Of a DNA stretch of 26,278 nucleotides, positions 16,907 through 25,536 are shown one piece after another. How positions within the stretch are numbered: the stretch's first letter is position 1; each line of letters starts with the position of its first letter. Source of the DNA: an archaeon (GTDB lineage: Archaea; Iainarchaeota; Iainarchaeia; Iainarchaeales; Iainarchaeaceae); the NCBI GenBank assembly GCA_038046625.1, contig JBBSVV010000004.1:1-26278 (forward strand), in the 5' to 3' direction. The position numbers and the translations under genes were made by a program. The notes under the pieces were generated by a model. The model made no database searches. It was not told the DNA's origin and saw nothing but the letters and a program-made list of their open reading frames with translations.

Positions 16907-17542
16907 ATGCCGAAGAAAGCTGTCCTGATATGCAACGGTTCCGTGAACACGAAGTATCTTTACTCGCACATCGCGAAGGGCGATTTCATTGTCGCGGTTG
17001 ATGGCGGCGCGAACAAGCTTGTGGGCACCAAGTTTGTGCCTGACATAATTATCGGGGACATGGATTCCATAAACAAGAGCGCATTGAAAAAATTCAGGAA
17101 AATTGAGATGCTCCGTTTTCCGCGCGAAAAGGACAAGATTGATTTGGAGCTTGCGCTGAATTACTGCATTGAAAAAAAGTTCTCCGAACTCCTGATTCTC
17201 GGGGCAATCGGAACAAGGGCCGACATGACGCTCACGAATGTTTTTGTCTTGTCACAGGTTCCGGAAAAAATCAATGCCAAAATTGTGCACGAGAACCAGG
17301 AAATTTACCTCGTGCGGAAAAAATTTTCGGTCGAAGGCATTCCAGGGGAAAAGATTTCCTTGTTCCCCCTGAACTCTGATGTCAAAGGGCTCTCGCTGAA
17401 AGGCTTCAAATACGAGCTGGAGAATTACAATCTGCGTTTCGGCATCGGAGTCGGCATCAGCAACGAGTTTAAAGGCAAAAAAGCTTTTATTTCGTTCAAA
17501 GACGGATTGTTGCTGTGCGTGCATTTCAGGGAATGGTTTTGA
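16907..17542 (+). CDS. thiN: Thiamine pyrophosphokinase
   Basis: 'AVDGGAN', 'IIGDMDS', 'EKDKIDLELAL', 'GTRAD' and 'GISNE'. TTAATTAA box upstream. Confidence 0.93.
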   Translation: MPKKAVLICNGSVNTKYLYSHIAKGDFIVAVDGGANKLVGTKFVPDIIIGDMDSINKSALKKFRKIEMLRFPREKDKIDLELALNYCIEKKFSELLILGAIGTRADMTLTNVFVLSQVPEKINAKIVHENQEIYLVRKKFSVEGIPGEKISLFPLNSDVKGLSLKGFKYELENYNLRFGIGVGISNEFKGKKAFISFKDGLLLCVHFREWF

Positions 17543-17572
17543 TTTTAAAGCCTTGCAGCTCAAATTTTCCTC

Positions 17573-18595
17573 ATGGCCTCATTCAAACTCCTTGTTCCGC
17601 TGTTACTTGCGGTGATTCTGTTTTTTTCCGGCTGCGCACAGCCGCAGAAGGCTGACCTCACGATTTACACTTATGATTCAATGGCTTCGGAGTACGGGCT
17701 TGGCCCTGCGGTCATAGAAGCTTTCGAGGCGCAGTGCGACTGCAACGTTCACATGATTGCCAAGGGGGATGCGGGGCAAGTTCTGAGCACGGCGCTTCTC
17801 GAGAAGGGCAAACCCAAGGCTGACATTCTGATCGGAATCGACAACAGCATGCTTTCGCATATGTACAAGGCAGATGTGCTTGAAAAATTCACCCCGAAAA
17901 ACATTTCCATTGTCCCTGAAAATTTGAGGTTTGACAAGGAAGGCTATCTCACTCCTTACGATTACGGTTACATAGCGTTCGTGTATGATACAACCAAGGT
18001 GAATGTGCCGATGGACAGCTTTGATTCGCTCCTGGATTCTTCTCTGGAGAAAAAAATTGCAATCCAGAATCCGCGCACATCTTCGCCTGGCCTGGCATTG
18101 CTTTTATGGACGGTTGCGGTTTACGGTGACCCGGGCTACAAGGACTTCTGGAAAAAACTCAAGCCGAACATTTTAACGGTCACTGACAGCTGGGATCAGA
18201 GTGCCGGAATGTTCGCGCAGGGCGAAGTGCCGATTTACCTGAGTTACGCAACCTCTCCGCCATATTATTCGCAGTTCGAGGACAAAAATTATTTTTTGGC
18301 TGCGGGTTTCAAGGAAGGCCATTACATTCAGGTTGAGGGCATGGGCATTGTGAAGGGAACCAAGAACCGCGCATTGGCGGAAAAGTTCATTGAGTTTTCG
18401 CTTGAAAAGAAGTTCCAGCAGGAAATTCCCCTGCACCAGTTCATGTATCCGGTTAACAAAGGCGTTGAGCTTCCTGCTTCATTCAGGCAATACGCGTTGT
18501 TCCCGCAGAAGCAGCTGGAGCTTGACCCAAAGCTTGTTGATGAGAAGGAAGAAGAATGGATTTTGGAATGGGAAAAAATAATGCTTTCAGGTTAG
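17573..18595 (+). CDS. thiB: Thiamine ABC transporter substrate-binding lipoprotein
   Basis: Lipobox FSGC, plus 'IYTYDS...GLGP', 'PRTSSPGL' and 'LSYATSP'. Confidence 0.93.
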   Translation: MASFKLLVPLLLAVILFFSGCAQPQKADLTIYTYDSMASEYGLGPAVIEAFEAQCDCNVHMIAKGDAGQVLSTALLEKGKPKADILIGIDNSMLSHMYKADVLEKFTPKNISIVPENLRFDKEGYLTPYDYGYIAFVYDTTKVNVPMDSFDSLLDSSLEKKIAIQNPRTSSPGLALLLWTVAVYGDPGYKDFWKKLKPNILTVTDSWDQSAGMFAQGEVPIYLSYATSPPYYSQFEDKNYFLAAGFKEGHYIQVEGMGIVKGTKNRALAEKFIEFSLEKKFQQEIPLHQFMYPVNKGVELPASFRQYALFPQKQLELDPKLVDEKEEEWILEWEKIMLSG

Positions 18596-20184
18596 CGGGC
18601 TCCGCATTGCTGGCTTCATTTTTTGCCTTGTTCTTCGCGTATCCGCTTGTCCTCATTTTTTCGAAAGCATTTGCATCGGGCTTTTCCGGCTTTTTTCTGC
18701 TCGCGGATTTCCTTTCCTCACACTCTGCACTTTTGCGGAACTCGTTTTTCCAGGCGTCTATTTCCACTTTCTTTGCGGTTCTCATCGGTGTTCCCGCTGC
18801 CTATATCGTTGCGCGCAGGGATTTTCCGGGAAAAAAGCTCCTCAAGGCGTTCTCTCTTGTTCCCGCGGTTTTTCCCTCAATTCTTGTTGTGCTCGCATTC
18901 ATAATTGTGCTTGGCAACAACGGGTGGGTGAATTCTTTTCTGTCGAAATACCTGGGCTTCAATGAGCCTGTGCAGTTCCTGTACGGTTTCTTCGGGATAA
19001 TTGTTGCGCATGTTTTTTACAATTTTCCTCTTGTGCTGAAGTTCGTTTCAAGTGCATGGGAAAACCTTGATGTTTCTATGAAAGAGGCCGCCAAGACGCT
19101 CGGTGCGGGGAAATTAAGGGTTTTTTTGTCTGTTACCTTGCCGCAGCTCTTGCCTTCAATACTCGCGTCCGCATCGCTTGTTTTCATTTACACTTTCATG
19201 AGCTTTGCCATAGTGATTTCCCTTGGCGGAATACAATTCACGACTTTGGAGGTTGAGATTTACAGGCAGATAAGTAGGGGCCTGAATTTTGAGTTGGGTG
19301 CATTGCTCGTGCTTTTCCAGTTCGTTGCTTTGTCGCTCGTTGCATTTGCGTACTCGAAGTTTTCTTCGCGGACGGTTATTCAGGAGAGGCTTTACACTGA
19401 AAAGCCGCAAAAGCTGAATCCAAATTCTTTGAGGGGCATCGTGGAACTGTTTTTTCTGTTCCTTGTTGTTCTTTTCGTGGCGGTTCCAATCATTTCCATT
19501 TTTGTTTTTTCCTTTTTCGACGCCTCTACGGGTGCCTTTTCGCTTGATGGAATCAAAACCATTTTCTTTCCCGCCGCGAAAAGCCTTTCCGGAACCACGC
19601 CTATCACGGCGATTTTCAACAGCCTCGCCTTCGCCGTTATTGCGTCCGTAACCGCAACCTTTTTGGGTTTGCTTGCTTCATTGAAACAGACGCACATAAA
19701 GGGGCTGAATTTTTTTCTCGGCGCATCGATTGCGGTTTCCGTCATTACGCTGGCTTTCGGTTATCTCGTTGCCTTCGGCTCGGGAAATTTTTTCATAATA
19801 GCGCTCGGTCATTCAGTGCTTGCTTTTCCTTTCGCGCTCCGCATAATAGGCAATGCTCTTGCCAAGGTTGATGATGCCTCCGTTGATGCCGCAAAAACCC
19901 TCGGCGCAAATGATTTCGATGTCCTTAAACTGGTTCAGCTTCCGCGCATCAAAGGCGCTCTGCTCGCTTCCATGGCGTTCGGCTTCGCGATTTCCCTTGG
20001 CGAACTCGGTTTGGTTATGGTGCTTTATGACGGCGTCTTTCCGACGATGCCTGTTTACATTTTCAGGCTTCTCGGTACTTACCAGATTTTTGCCGCAACA
20101 ACAATGGGTCTGGTGCTTGCGTTCATAAGCTTTATTTCGTTCTATGCTATAGAAACTTTTTTGAAGGACGTGAGGGTATTCTGA
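18556..20184 (+). CDS. thiP: Thiamine ABC transporter permease
   Basis: Duplicated permease with two EAA loops (EAAKTLGA, DAAKTLGA), plus 'AHVFYNFPL' and 'TLEVEIY'. Start may be ATG 18568. Confidence 0.9.
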   Translation: MDFGMGKNNAFRLAGSALLASFFALFFAYPLVLIFSKAFASGFSGFFLLADFLSSHSALLRNSFFQASISTFFAVLIGVPAAYIVARRDFPGKKLLKAFSLVPAVFPSILVVLAFIIVLGNNGWVNSFLSKYLGFNEPVQFLYGFFGIIVAHVFYNFPLVLKFVSSAWENLDVSMKEAAKTLGAGKLRVFLSVTLPQLLPSILASASLVFIYTFMSFAIVISLGGIQFTTLEVEIYRQISRGLNFELGALLVLFQFVALSLVAFAYSKFSSRTVIQERLYTEKPQKLNPNSLRGIVELFFLFLVVLFVAVPIISIFVFSFFDASTGAFSLDGIKTIFFPAAKSLSGTTPITAIFNSLAFAVIASVTATFLGLLASLKQTHIKGLNFFLGASIAVSVITLAFGYLVAFGSGNFFIIALGHSVLAFPFALRIIGNALAKVDDASVDAAKTLGANDFDVLKLVQLPRIKGALLASMAFGFAISLGELGLVMVLYDGVFPTMPVYIFRLLGTYQIFAATTMGLVLAFISFISFYAIETFLKDVRVF

Positions 20185-20185
20185 A

Positions 20186-21028
20186 ATGCGCATCGAACTG
20201 AAAGGCATAGGAGTTGCTTACAAGGACTGGAAACTCGAAAATTTTTCCTCTGTTTTCAAATCCGGCTCGTTCGTTTCAGTGCTCGGCCCAAGCGGCTCAG
20301 GCAAAACAACCCTCCTCAGGCTCCTTTGCGGGCTGGAAAAGCCTTCTTCTGGAAAAATCCTCTTCGGGGAAAAAGATGTAACCAAAACTGCTCCGGAGGA
20401 AAGGAATCTCGGCGTGGTTTTCCAGGGCAACTCGCTTTTTTCGCACCTCGATGTTTTTGGGAACGTTGCTTTCGGCCTCAAAATGAAAAAGGAAAAAGAT
20501 TTGGAAAAAAAGGTTTCCGAAGCTTTGCGTCTTGTTCATTTCGAGGGTTTTGGAAGGCGGAATGTGAATTTTTTGAGCGGCGGTGAACAGAAGCGCGTGG
20601 CCATTGCGCGCGCGATAGCCTTCAATCCGAGCGCTCTGCTTTTGGATGAGCCGTTCAACGGCCTTGATGCGCGCCTCAAGGAGAGCCTGAAGGTTTTGCT
20701 GAAGGAGCTGCGTGCAAAAACAGGGCTCACGGTAATACTGGTTACACATGACCTTGACGAGGCCTTTTTCCTGAGCGACAGGCTAATAGTAATGAACAAC
20801 GGTTCAAAGGAGCAGGAAGGCACTCCTTTCGAGGTCCTTCTCAAACCCGCAAATTCTTTTGTAAAGGATTTTTTTTCTGACTATTTCGTGGTTGAGGCAA
20901 AGCAGCAAAAATCCCGAAAAGGAAACGTTATAATAGGCAATTTTTCCGTTCCCGCGCAATCTGGTTCCGGAAAGCCGGTAATAATTTTCAAGAAAACAAA
21001 TTACCGGTTCATTGATGGAAAGACCTGA
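20186..21028 (+). CDS. thiQ: Thiamine ABC transporter ATP-binding protein
   Basis: GPSGSGKT, LSGGEQKR, LLLDEP and THD motifs, plus operon context. Confidence 0.88.
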   Translation: MRIELKGIGVAYKDWKLENFSSVFKSGSFVSVLGPSGSGKTTLLRLLCGLEKPSSGKILFGEKDVTKTAPEERNLGVVFQGNSLFSHLDVFGNVAFGLKMKKEKDLEKKVSEALRLVHFEGFGRRNVNFLSGGEQKRVAIARAIAFNPSALLLDEPFNGLDARLKESLKVLLKELRAKTGLTVILVTHDLDEAFFLSDRLIVMNNGSKEQEGTPFEVLLKPANSFVKDFFSDYFVVEAKQQKSRKGNVIIGNFSVPAQSGSGKPVIIFKKTNYRFIDGKT

Positions 21029-21674
21029 ACTCTTTGCTTTTCATTGGAACGAAAACAAATGTGCTTTCATAATAGGTTTTCTTGAACGGCTTGCCTTCCC
21101 GCTTAATCATTATTTCCAGCATCTGCGTGCCTTCATCACCTACAGGCGCCACAATGCGCCCGCCTTCATTCAATTGGTCGAAAAGCTTTTTTGGAATGAA
21201 TGGGCAGGCGCAGCTCACGAGTATGCGGTCGAACGGCGCCTTTTCCGGCCAGCCTCCGTAACCATCGGCATTCAGTATCTCCGCGTTTTTAATTTCCTCT
21301 TTTTCAAGGTTTTTTTTGCATTGCTCTGCCAATTCCCTGAGTGTTTCGACGCCGAAAATTTTCCCTTCTCCGCCCGCGATTTTTGAGAGAAGCGCAATCA
21401 CATAACCGAATCCGCTGCCAACTTCAAGCACCGCCATTCCTTTTGAAACGCCGAGCAGCTCCAGCATTATCGCTATTGTCGAGGGCTGTGAAATTGTCTG
21501 TCCCTGCCTTAATGGGAGAGCTTCGTCCTCATAGGCGTACCGCCTGAATTTTTCAGGAACAAAGTTTTCCCGCTTTACTTCAAGGAAAGCGTTTTTCACT
21601 TCCGCGCTTTTTATTGCGAAGCCCGAAATGTATTCAACAAGCCGCGTTCTCTTTGCGGCGAATTCATTTTTCAT
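21009..21674 (-). CDS. pcm: Protein-L-isoaspartate O-methyltransferase
   Basis: 'GQTISQP', 'VLEVGSGFGY', 'APFDRI' and 'FVFVPM'. Confidence 0.95.
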   Translation of the reverse strand: MKNEFAAKRTRLVEYISGFAIKSAEVKNAFLEVKRENFVPEKFRRYAYEDEALPLRQGQTISQPSTIAIMLELLGVSKGMAVLEVGSGFGYVIALLSKIAGGEGKIFGVETLRELAEQCKKNLEKEEIKNAEILNADGYGGWPEKAPFDRILVSCACPFIPKKLFDQLNEGGRIVAPVGDEGTQMLEIMIKREGKPFKKTYYESTFVFVPMKSKEFRSFHQ

Positions 21675-22581
21675 TTTCTTCCCGCTCGCGCATCATTTTT
21701 TTGAGGTCCTTCAGCTTGGAAATCGAGTAAAGTTCCTCCTCAAAAATTATGGGCACGTCATCAATGCTCCTGCGCCCGAATTCCTTCGCGATTATTATGG
21801 AGTCCGCATCCGAGGCGCCGCGCATTTTTTTCAATTCCGCGGCTTTTCTCGGTATGTCGAATTTTCCTTTGCCTGTGCTGATGAATATGCCCTCCACCGC
21901 GCTCCCGTACGCATCAAATGGCGAGTGCCTGAACAGTGCCATTTTCACTCCGAGTTCGCGTATCCTCTCCAGCAGTTTTTCCCCGGGCTCCTCGTCGAAC
22001 TCCTCCTTTTCGGGCCTGTTGCCCAGCAAACTTATTTCCTTTACAAAGCCTTGGTGGAGATGTTCCTCCATTTTTTTTGCGGTTTCGAGCGATGTCGAGG
22101 CGCCCTTTTCAAACCTGTAAAGGGTTTCGCTCGCAACCCCAAGCTTTTTCGAGAGCTCATCCATTGAGAGTTCCATTTCTTCGCGCTTTTCCCGCAGCTT
22201 TTCAAAGTTAATTTCAACAATGTTTTTGCCCTTGAAATGCCGCACTTTCGGCAGTTCATTCTCAAGGGCCTTTTCGAACGTGCCTATGGTGACAACCGGA
22301 ATCCCGTACCTTTCGTACACCACGCCGTTTTCAAGTCCAAATACCTTGGTTTTTTTCCCTATGATTACGCAGTTCGCTTCGAGAACGCTTCCGAGCTTGC
22401 GCAGTTCCTCGCCCTGCTCCTTCCTTATGGAATCAATGTTCTCGTAAATTTTTACGATGAGTTTTTTGTTTCCCTTTACGGCTATGAGGTCAAAGCACGT
22501 GTTGGTACGGAAGAACGTGGTTACGGCATATCCCTTTTCGTGCAGCGCGCTTATTGTGCGGTTTATGGTTTCCTCCCGCAT
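21664..22581 (-). CDS. Archaeal HTH transcriptional regulator (COG1395-type; nuclease-like domains flanking a Cro/XRE HTH)
   Basis: 'CFDLIA...IVKIYENIDS', 'LENGVVYERYGIP' and HTH 'LSMDELSKKLGVASETLYRFEKG'. Confidence 0.85.
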   Translation of the reverse strand: MREETINRTISALHEKGYAVTTFFRTNTCFDLIAVKGNKKLIVKIYENIDSIRKEQGEELRKLGSVLEANCVIIGKKTKVFGLENGVVYERYGIPVVTIGTFEKALENELPKVRHFKGKNIVEINFEKLREKREEMELSMDELSKKLGVASETLYRFEKGASTSLETAKKMEEHLHQGFVKEISLLGNRPEKEEFDEEPGEKLLERIRELGVKMALFRHSPFDAYGSAVEGIFISTGKGKFDIPRKAAELKKMRGASDADSIIIAKEFGRRSIDDVPIIFEEELYSISKLKDLKKMMREREENEK

Positions 22582-22582
22582 T

Positions 22583-23401
22583 TCAAATCACCGAAGCAAT
22601 AAATGCCAGCAGTGCCGCAATCATGCCGTACTTGCCGTATTTCTGCGCCGCGCCGAAGCTTTTTTGCGCGCAGAGCCTGTATGAATTTGCGAAGAGCAGC
22701 GCGGAGACCGCAAGCAGTATTATAAAATAAATTCCGGTCATGAGGCCAATGCCCCATGCCGCGAGCGAGAAACCGAGCGCGAGCGCGTAGAGTCCGAGCA
22801 CGATTTTTTTTATTTCCCCGAATCCAATGAGCATTGGAAGGGTTTTTTTCTCGCCCAAGTCCCCTTTAATGTCCTGTGCATCCTTGATTATTTCGCGCGC
22901 AACGTTCGCGAAGAATGCGGATGCCGCGAGGAAAATTATTGTGCCATAGGATTGCGCTATTGATGCGCCATAAATCAAAGTCATTGCGGTTCCCAATGCA
23001 ACCACAAGGTTGCCGATGAACTTGCGCTGCCTCATCAATGCCGAATAAATTACTAGCAGCGCGGAAACTCCAAGGGCGATTGCAAGGGCATGGCTGTTAA
23101 TATATAAAGAAATAATAATGCCCGCGGCGAAGAGGAGGGCGCTTGCAAGGAGCGCGGAATCCGCACTTATTTTTCCATGTGCAATGAAATTCTTTTTCCA
23201 CATTCTCGTGTCGGTTTTTTCGTCGAAATAATCGTTGATGATGTTTCCAGCGCCCGTTACCAGGATTGCGGCAAGCATTGCGAATGCCAATGGCTGTGTG
23301 AACGCGATTGAATTGAGTGCAATGCTGAAGCCGACAAAAACGCCGATTGCGGCAATTGCGGAGTTGCCCGGCCTTGTTGCGAGAAACAGTTCCTTGAGCA
23401 T
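22583..23401 (-). CDS. UbiA-family prenyltransferase, digeranylgeranylglyceryl-phosphate synthase-like
   Basis: 'TRPGN', 'GNIINDYFDEKTD' and 'REIIKDAQDIKGD...KTLP', with multiple TM helices. Confidence 0.88.
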   Translation of the reverse strand: MLKELFLATRPGNSAIAAIGVFVGFSIALNSIAFTQPLAFAMLAAILVTGAGNIINDYFDEKTDTRMWKKNFIAHGKISADSALLASALLFAAGIIISLYINSHALAIALGVSALLVIYSALMRQRKFIGNLVVALGTAMTLIYGASIAQSYGTIIFLAASAFFANVAREIIKDAQDIKGDLGEKKTLPMLIGFGEIKKIVLGLYALALGFSLAAWGIGLMTGIYFIILLAVSALLFANSYRLCAQKSFGAAQKYGKYGMIAALLAFIASVI

Positions 23402-23515
23402 GCAGGAATAAGTGGCGTAAACCCCTTTAAACCATTTTTCCCGCTGCTCATTGAGGCTTAATGGGGTAAATTCAGGGTTTTTGGCTTTGCTTAACCTGTG
23501 GAAATTCAGGTTATT

Positions 23516-23689
23516 TCAGGCTGCTGCAGTTTTCTTTTTAGCCTTCTTCTTGAGCCTGAGCCTCTTGCTGTTGCATTTCCTGCATTTCAATGGCTTTTTG
23601 CCTTTTTGGCCCCTTATTTTGGCGTTGCATCTCATGCATATCCAGATGTTTTCGAAAAGCCTTTTTGCCGCAACTGGTGCCATAGCCAT
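23516..23689 (-). CDS. rpl40e: 50S ribosomal protein L40e (absent from ORF track)
   Basis: Hand translation gives MAMAPVAAKRLFENIWICMRCNAKIRGQKGKKPLKCRKCNSKRLRLKKKAKKKTAAA*, with the CMRCNA...CRKC zinc ribbon. SD-like GGCGTGA upstream. Confidence 0.93.
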   Translation of the reverse strand: MAMAPVAAKRLFENIWICMRCNAKIRGQKGKKPLKCRKCNSKRLRLKKKAKKKTAAA

Positions 23690-23841
23690 TTTTTCACGCC
23701 TTTGCCTAAAGAGTATTTGTTAACAATTCCCTTCAGTGAAACTATTTTAAAGCAATTGCCCACCATTTTCTTTCTGCAGTTTAGGCAGTCTTTTCTTTTT
23801 CATAAGTTCATGCATTTGCGGAAAGGGAAGAAAACTGTTGT

Positions 23842-23916
23842 GCCCCGATCGTCTAGCCCGGCCAAGGACACCGGCCTTTCAAGCCGAGAACCCGGGTTCA
23901 AATCCCGGCCGGGGCA
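23842..23916 (+). tRNA. tRNA-Glu (TTC), no intron, CCA not encoded
   Basis: Cloverleaf with acceptor GCCCCGA/CCGGGGC, D arm, anticodon TTC at 23878-23880, and T arm CCGGG-TTCAAAT-CCCGG. Confidence 0.95.
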
Positions 23917-23993
23917 CTGAAGTTCCAAGATGCGAAAGTAGGGGCTAATATATACGTTCATTCGCAACCGAGAATCTGTCGGAGGTTTGCAGA

Positions 23994-24254
23994 ATGAATC
24001 GGGAAGTATTGGTATCGAAGCCCGTTTTGTTTGGCGGGAGAGAGTGGGTTGACACCCATATTACCATTTGGATGAATTGCAGAGAAGGATGCCCAAAAGC
24101 AAATTGTAGAGGAATAACTATAAATATTTGTGAGATGTCATTTTTCTATGTTCTTTATAAAAGAGATTCATGGCGAAACCATAAAACAAGTATTTTTCAT
24201 ATTTGTTGCAGCAGTATTTTTTTCATACCTGAAAAGTTTTTTTGGCATACTTGA
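23994..24254 (+). CDS. Small Cys-containing hypothetical ORF or decayed gene
   Basis: Strong SD GGAGGT 7 nt before ATG 23994 and a TATA-like TAATATATA upstream. The product is unrecognisable. Confidence 0.35.
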   Translation: MNREVLVSKPVLFGGREWVDTHITIWMNCREGCPKANCRGITINICEMSFFYVLYKRDSWRNHKTSIFHICCSSIFFIPEKFFWHT

Positions 24255-24309
24255 TTTTTCGGGGTTGAATTTCTTTGCAATAGGCTATTACTACTATGCG
24301 CCTAAGAGG

Positions 24310-25197
24310 ATGAAGCCGAGGGAAATCAGGAAAGAACTTTTAAAGAATGAATCTCCGAAGCTTAGCATTGTTGATAGGGGTCTCGTCCAGTATCTGAGGT
24401 TAAGGCCATCATTAAAGTGGATGCTGAGGCATCCTATAAAGTCTGCAAGGAATAACACTATTTTATGCGCTGAGACAAAAGATGAATTTGTCAATGCAAT
24501 AGCAGATTCTGCACAGAAGAAACTGAAAGAAAAAGGCAGGGTTGTAATTGACATAGGCGGTTTAAGGGGTGCAGGCAAATCAACATCGATATTCGACCTT
24601 AAGAAAAAGTTAGGTGGCAATGTTGCGGATATAGGTCTTGATGCCTATTTCAAGGAGCCTCTTGAAATCAGGGAAAAGGGTGTTTTTGGGGCAGTTGGCG
24701 GTTGGGACAACCCGAGGAACTCGAATCTGCGGCAAGTTTCAAAAGCAATCCTGGATTTCAAGGCAGGGAAGAAAATCTATATCCCGGTTGGGAGAGTGCC
24801 GAGGCACGGCGATGTTCAATGGCAGGAAATAGACCCAAGTAAAACACCTGTGCTTGTTGTTGAAGGAATACATGGCCTTTACCCGTCCATATCAAAGGCT
24901 GCCGATGTAAGATGCTTCATATATGTGCCGCCTGGTTTGCAGGAGATAAGAACATGGATGAGAGACTTGTTGAGGCCAAAAGCCAAGGCTATGCCGCCTG
25001 AATATTATCTGGGCATGAATCCCAGGGTAAGGCAGATGCAAACGCTTTTCATCCTGCCAAGGCTCATTGATGTTGACATACTGTACCAACAAAACATGGG
25101 CAGGCCAGACCTTGAAGCAATAGGCCGCATGCTTGACATTGGCCCAAAAGAACTTGATGAATTTGAAAAAGCATGGAAGCTCACCCCACAACCATAA
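24310..25197 (+). CDS. Uridine kinase / phosphoribulokinase-like P-loop kinase with orphan N-terminal extension
   Basis: Walker A GLRGAGKST, plus 'IGLDAYF', 'WDNP', 'VLVVEGIHGLY' and 'RTWMRD'. Start uncertain (frame open from 24130). Confidence 0.75.
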   Translation: MKPREIRKELLKNESPKLSIVDRGLVQYLRLRPSLKWMLRHPIKSARNNTILCAETKDEFVNAIADSAQKKLKEKGRVVIDIGGLRGAGKSTSIFDLKKKLGGNVADIGLDAYFKEPLEIREKGVFGAVGGWDNPRNSNLRQVSKAILDFKAGKKIYIPVGRVPRHGDVQWQEIDPSKTPVLVVEGIHGLYPSISKAADVRCFIYVPPGLQEIRTWMRDLLRPKAKAMPPEYYLGMNPRVRQMQTLFILPRLIDVDILYQQNMGRPDLEAIGRMLDIGPKELDEFEKAWKLTPQP

Positions 25198-25536
25198 CCC
25201 ATTCTGGATACATTGTTCCACAACACCCAAAAAACCAGTTCAACAAATCCCCCGCCCATAACGAACCAAGAGTTCGATGAACTGCTTGACAAATTTTGCG
25301 TAAAATATTCAGTAACCAAAGAACAATTTCTCAGGGTAATAAACGAAACATTCAAACAGGAAAGACCCTAAATGGAAACCCAAGTGAATTTCAAATAGTT
25401 AGCGGAATCATTGAGAAAACAAATAAAATAAACTCCAAGTTAACCCAAACGGCTTTTGATGATAAAATTTTGAATGCGATACACTAGACAAAGCCTGTTG
25501 CAAAAATCAACCAGTAGTTTATACCAGTTCAATTAT

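Noticed and set aside
16849..17572. TPP riboswitch ahead of thiN or thiB
   Set aside because: The intergenic gaps are only 58 and 30 nt, and no CTGAGA/TPP aptamer core is present in them.
23451..23920. Plus-strand ORFs 23451-23723 and 23498-23920
   Set aside because: They are shadows of rpl40e (minus strand) and the tRNA gene.
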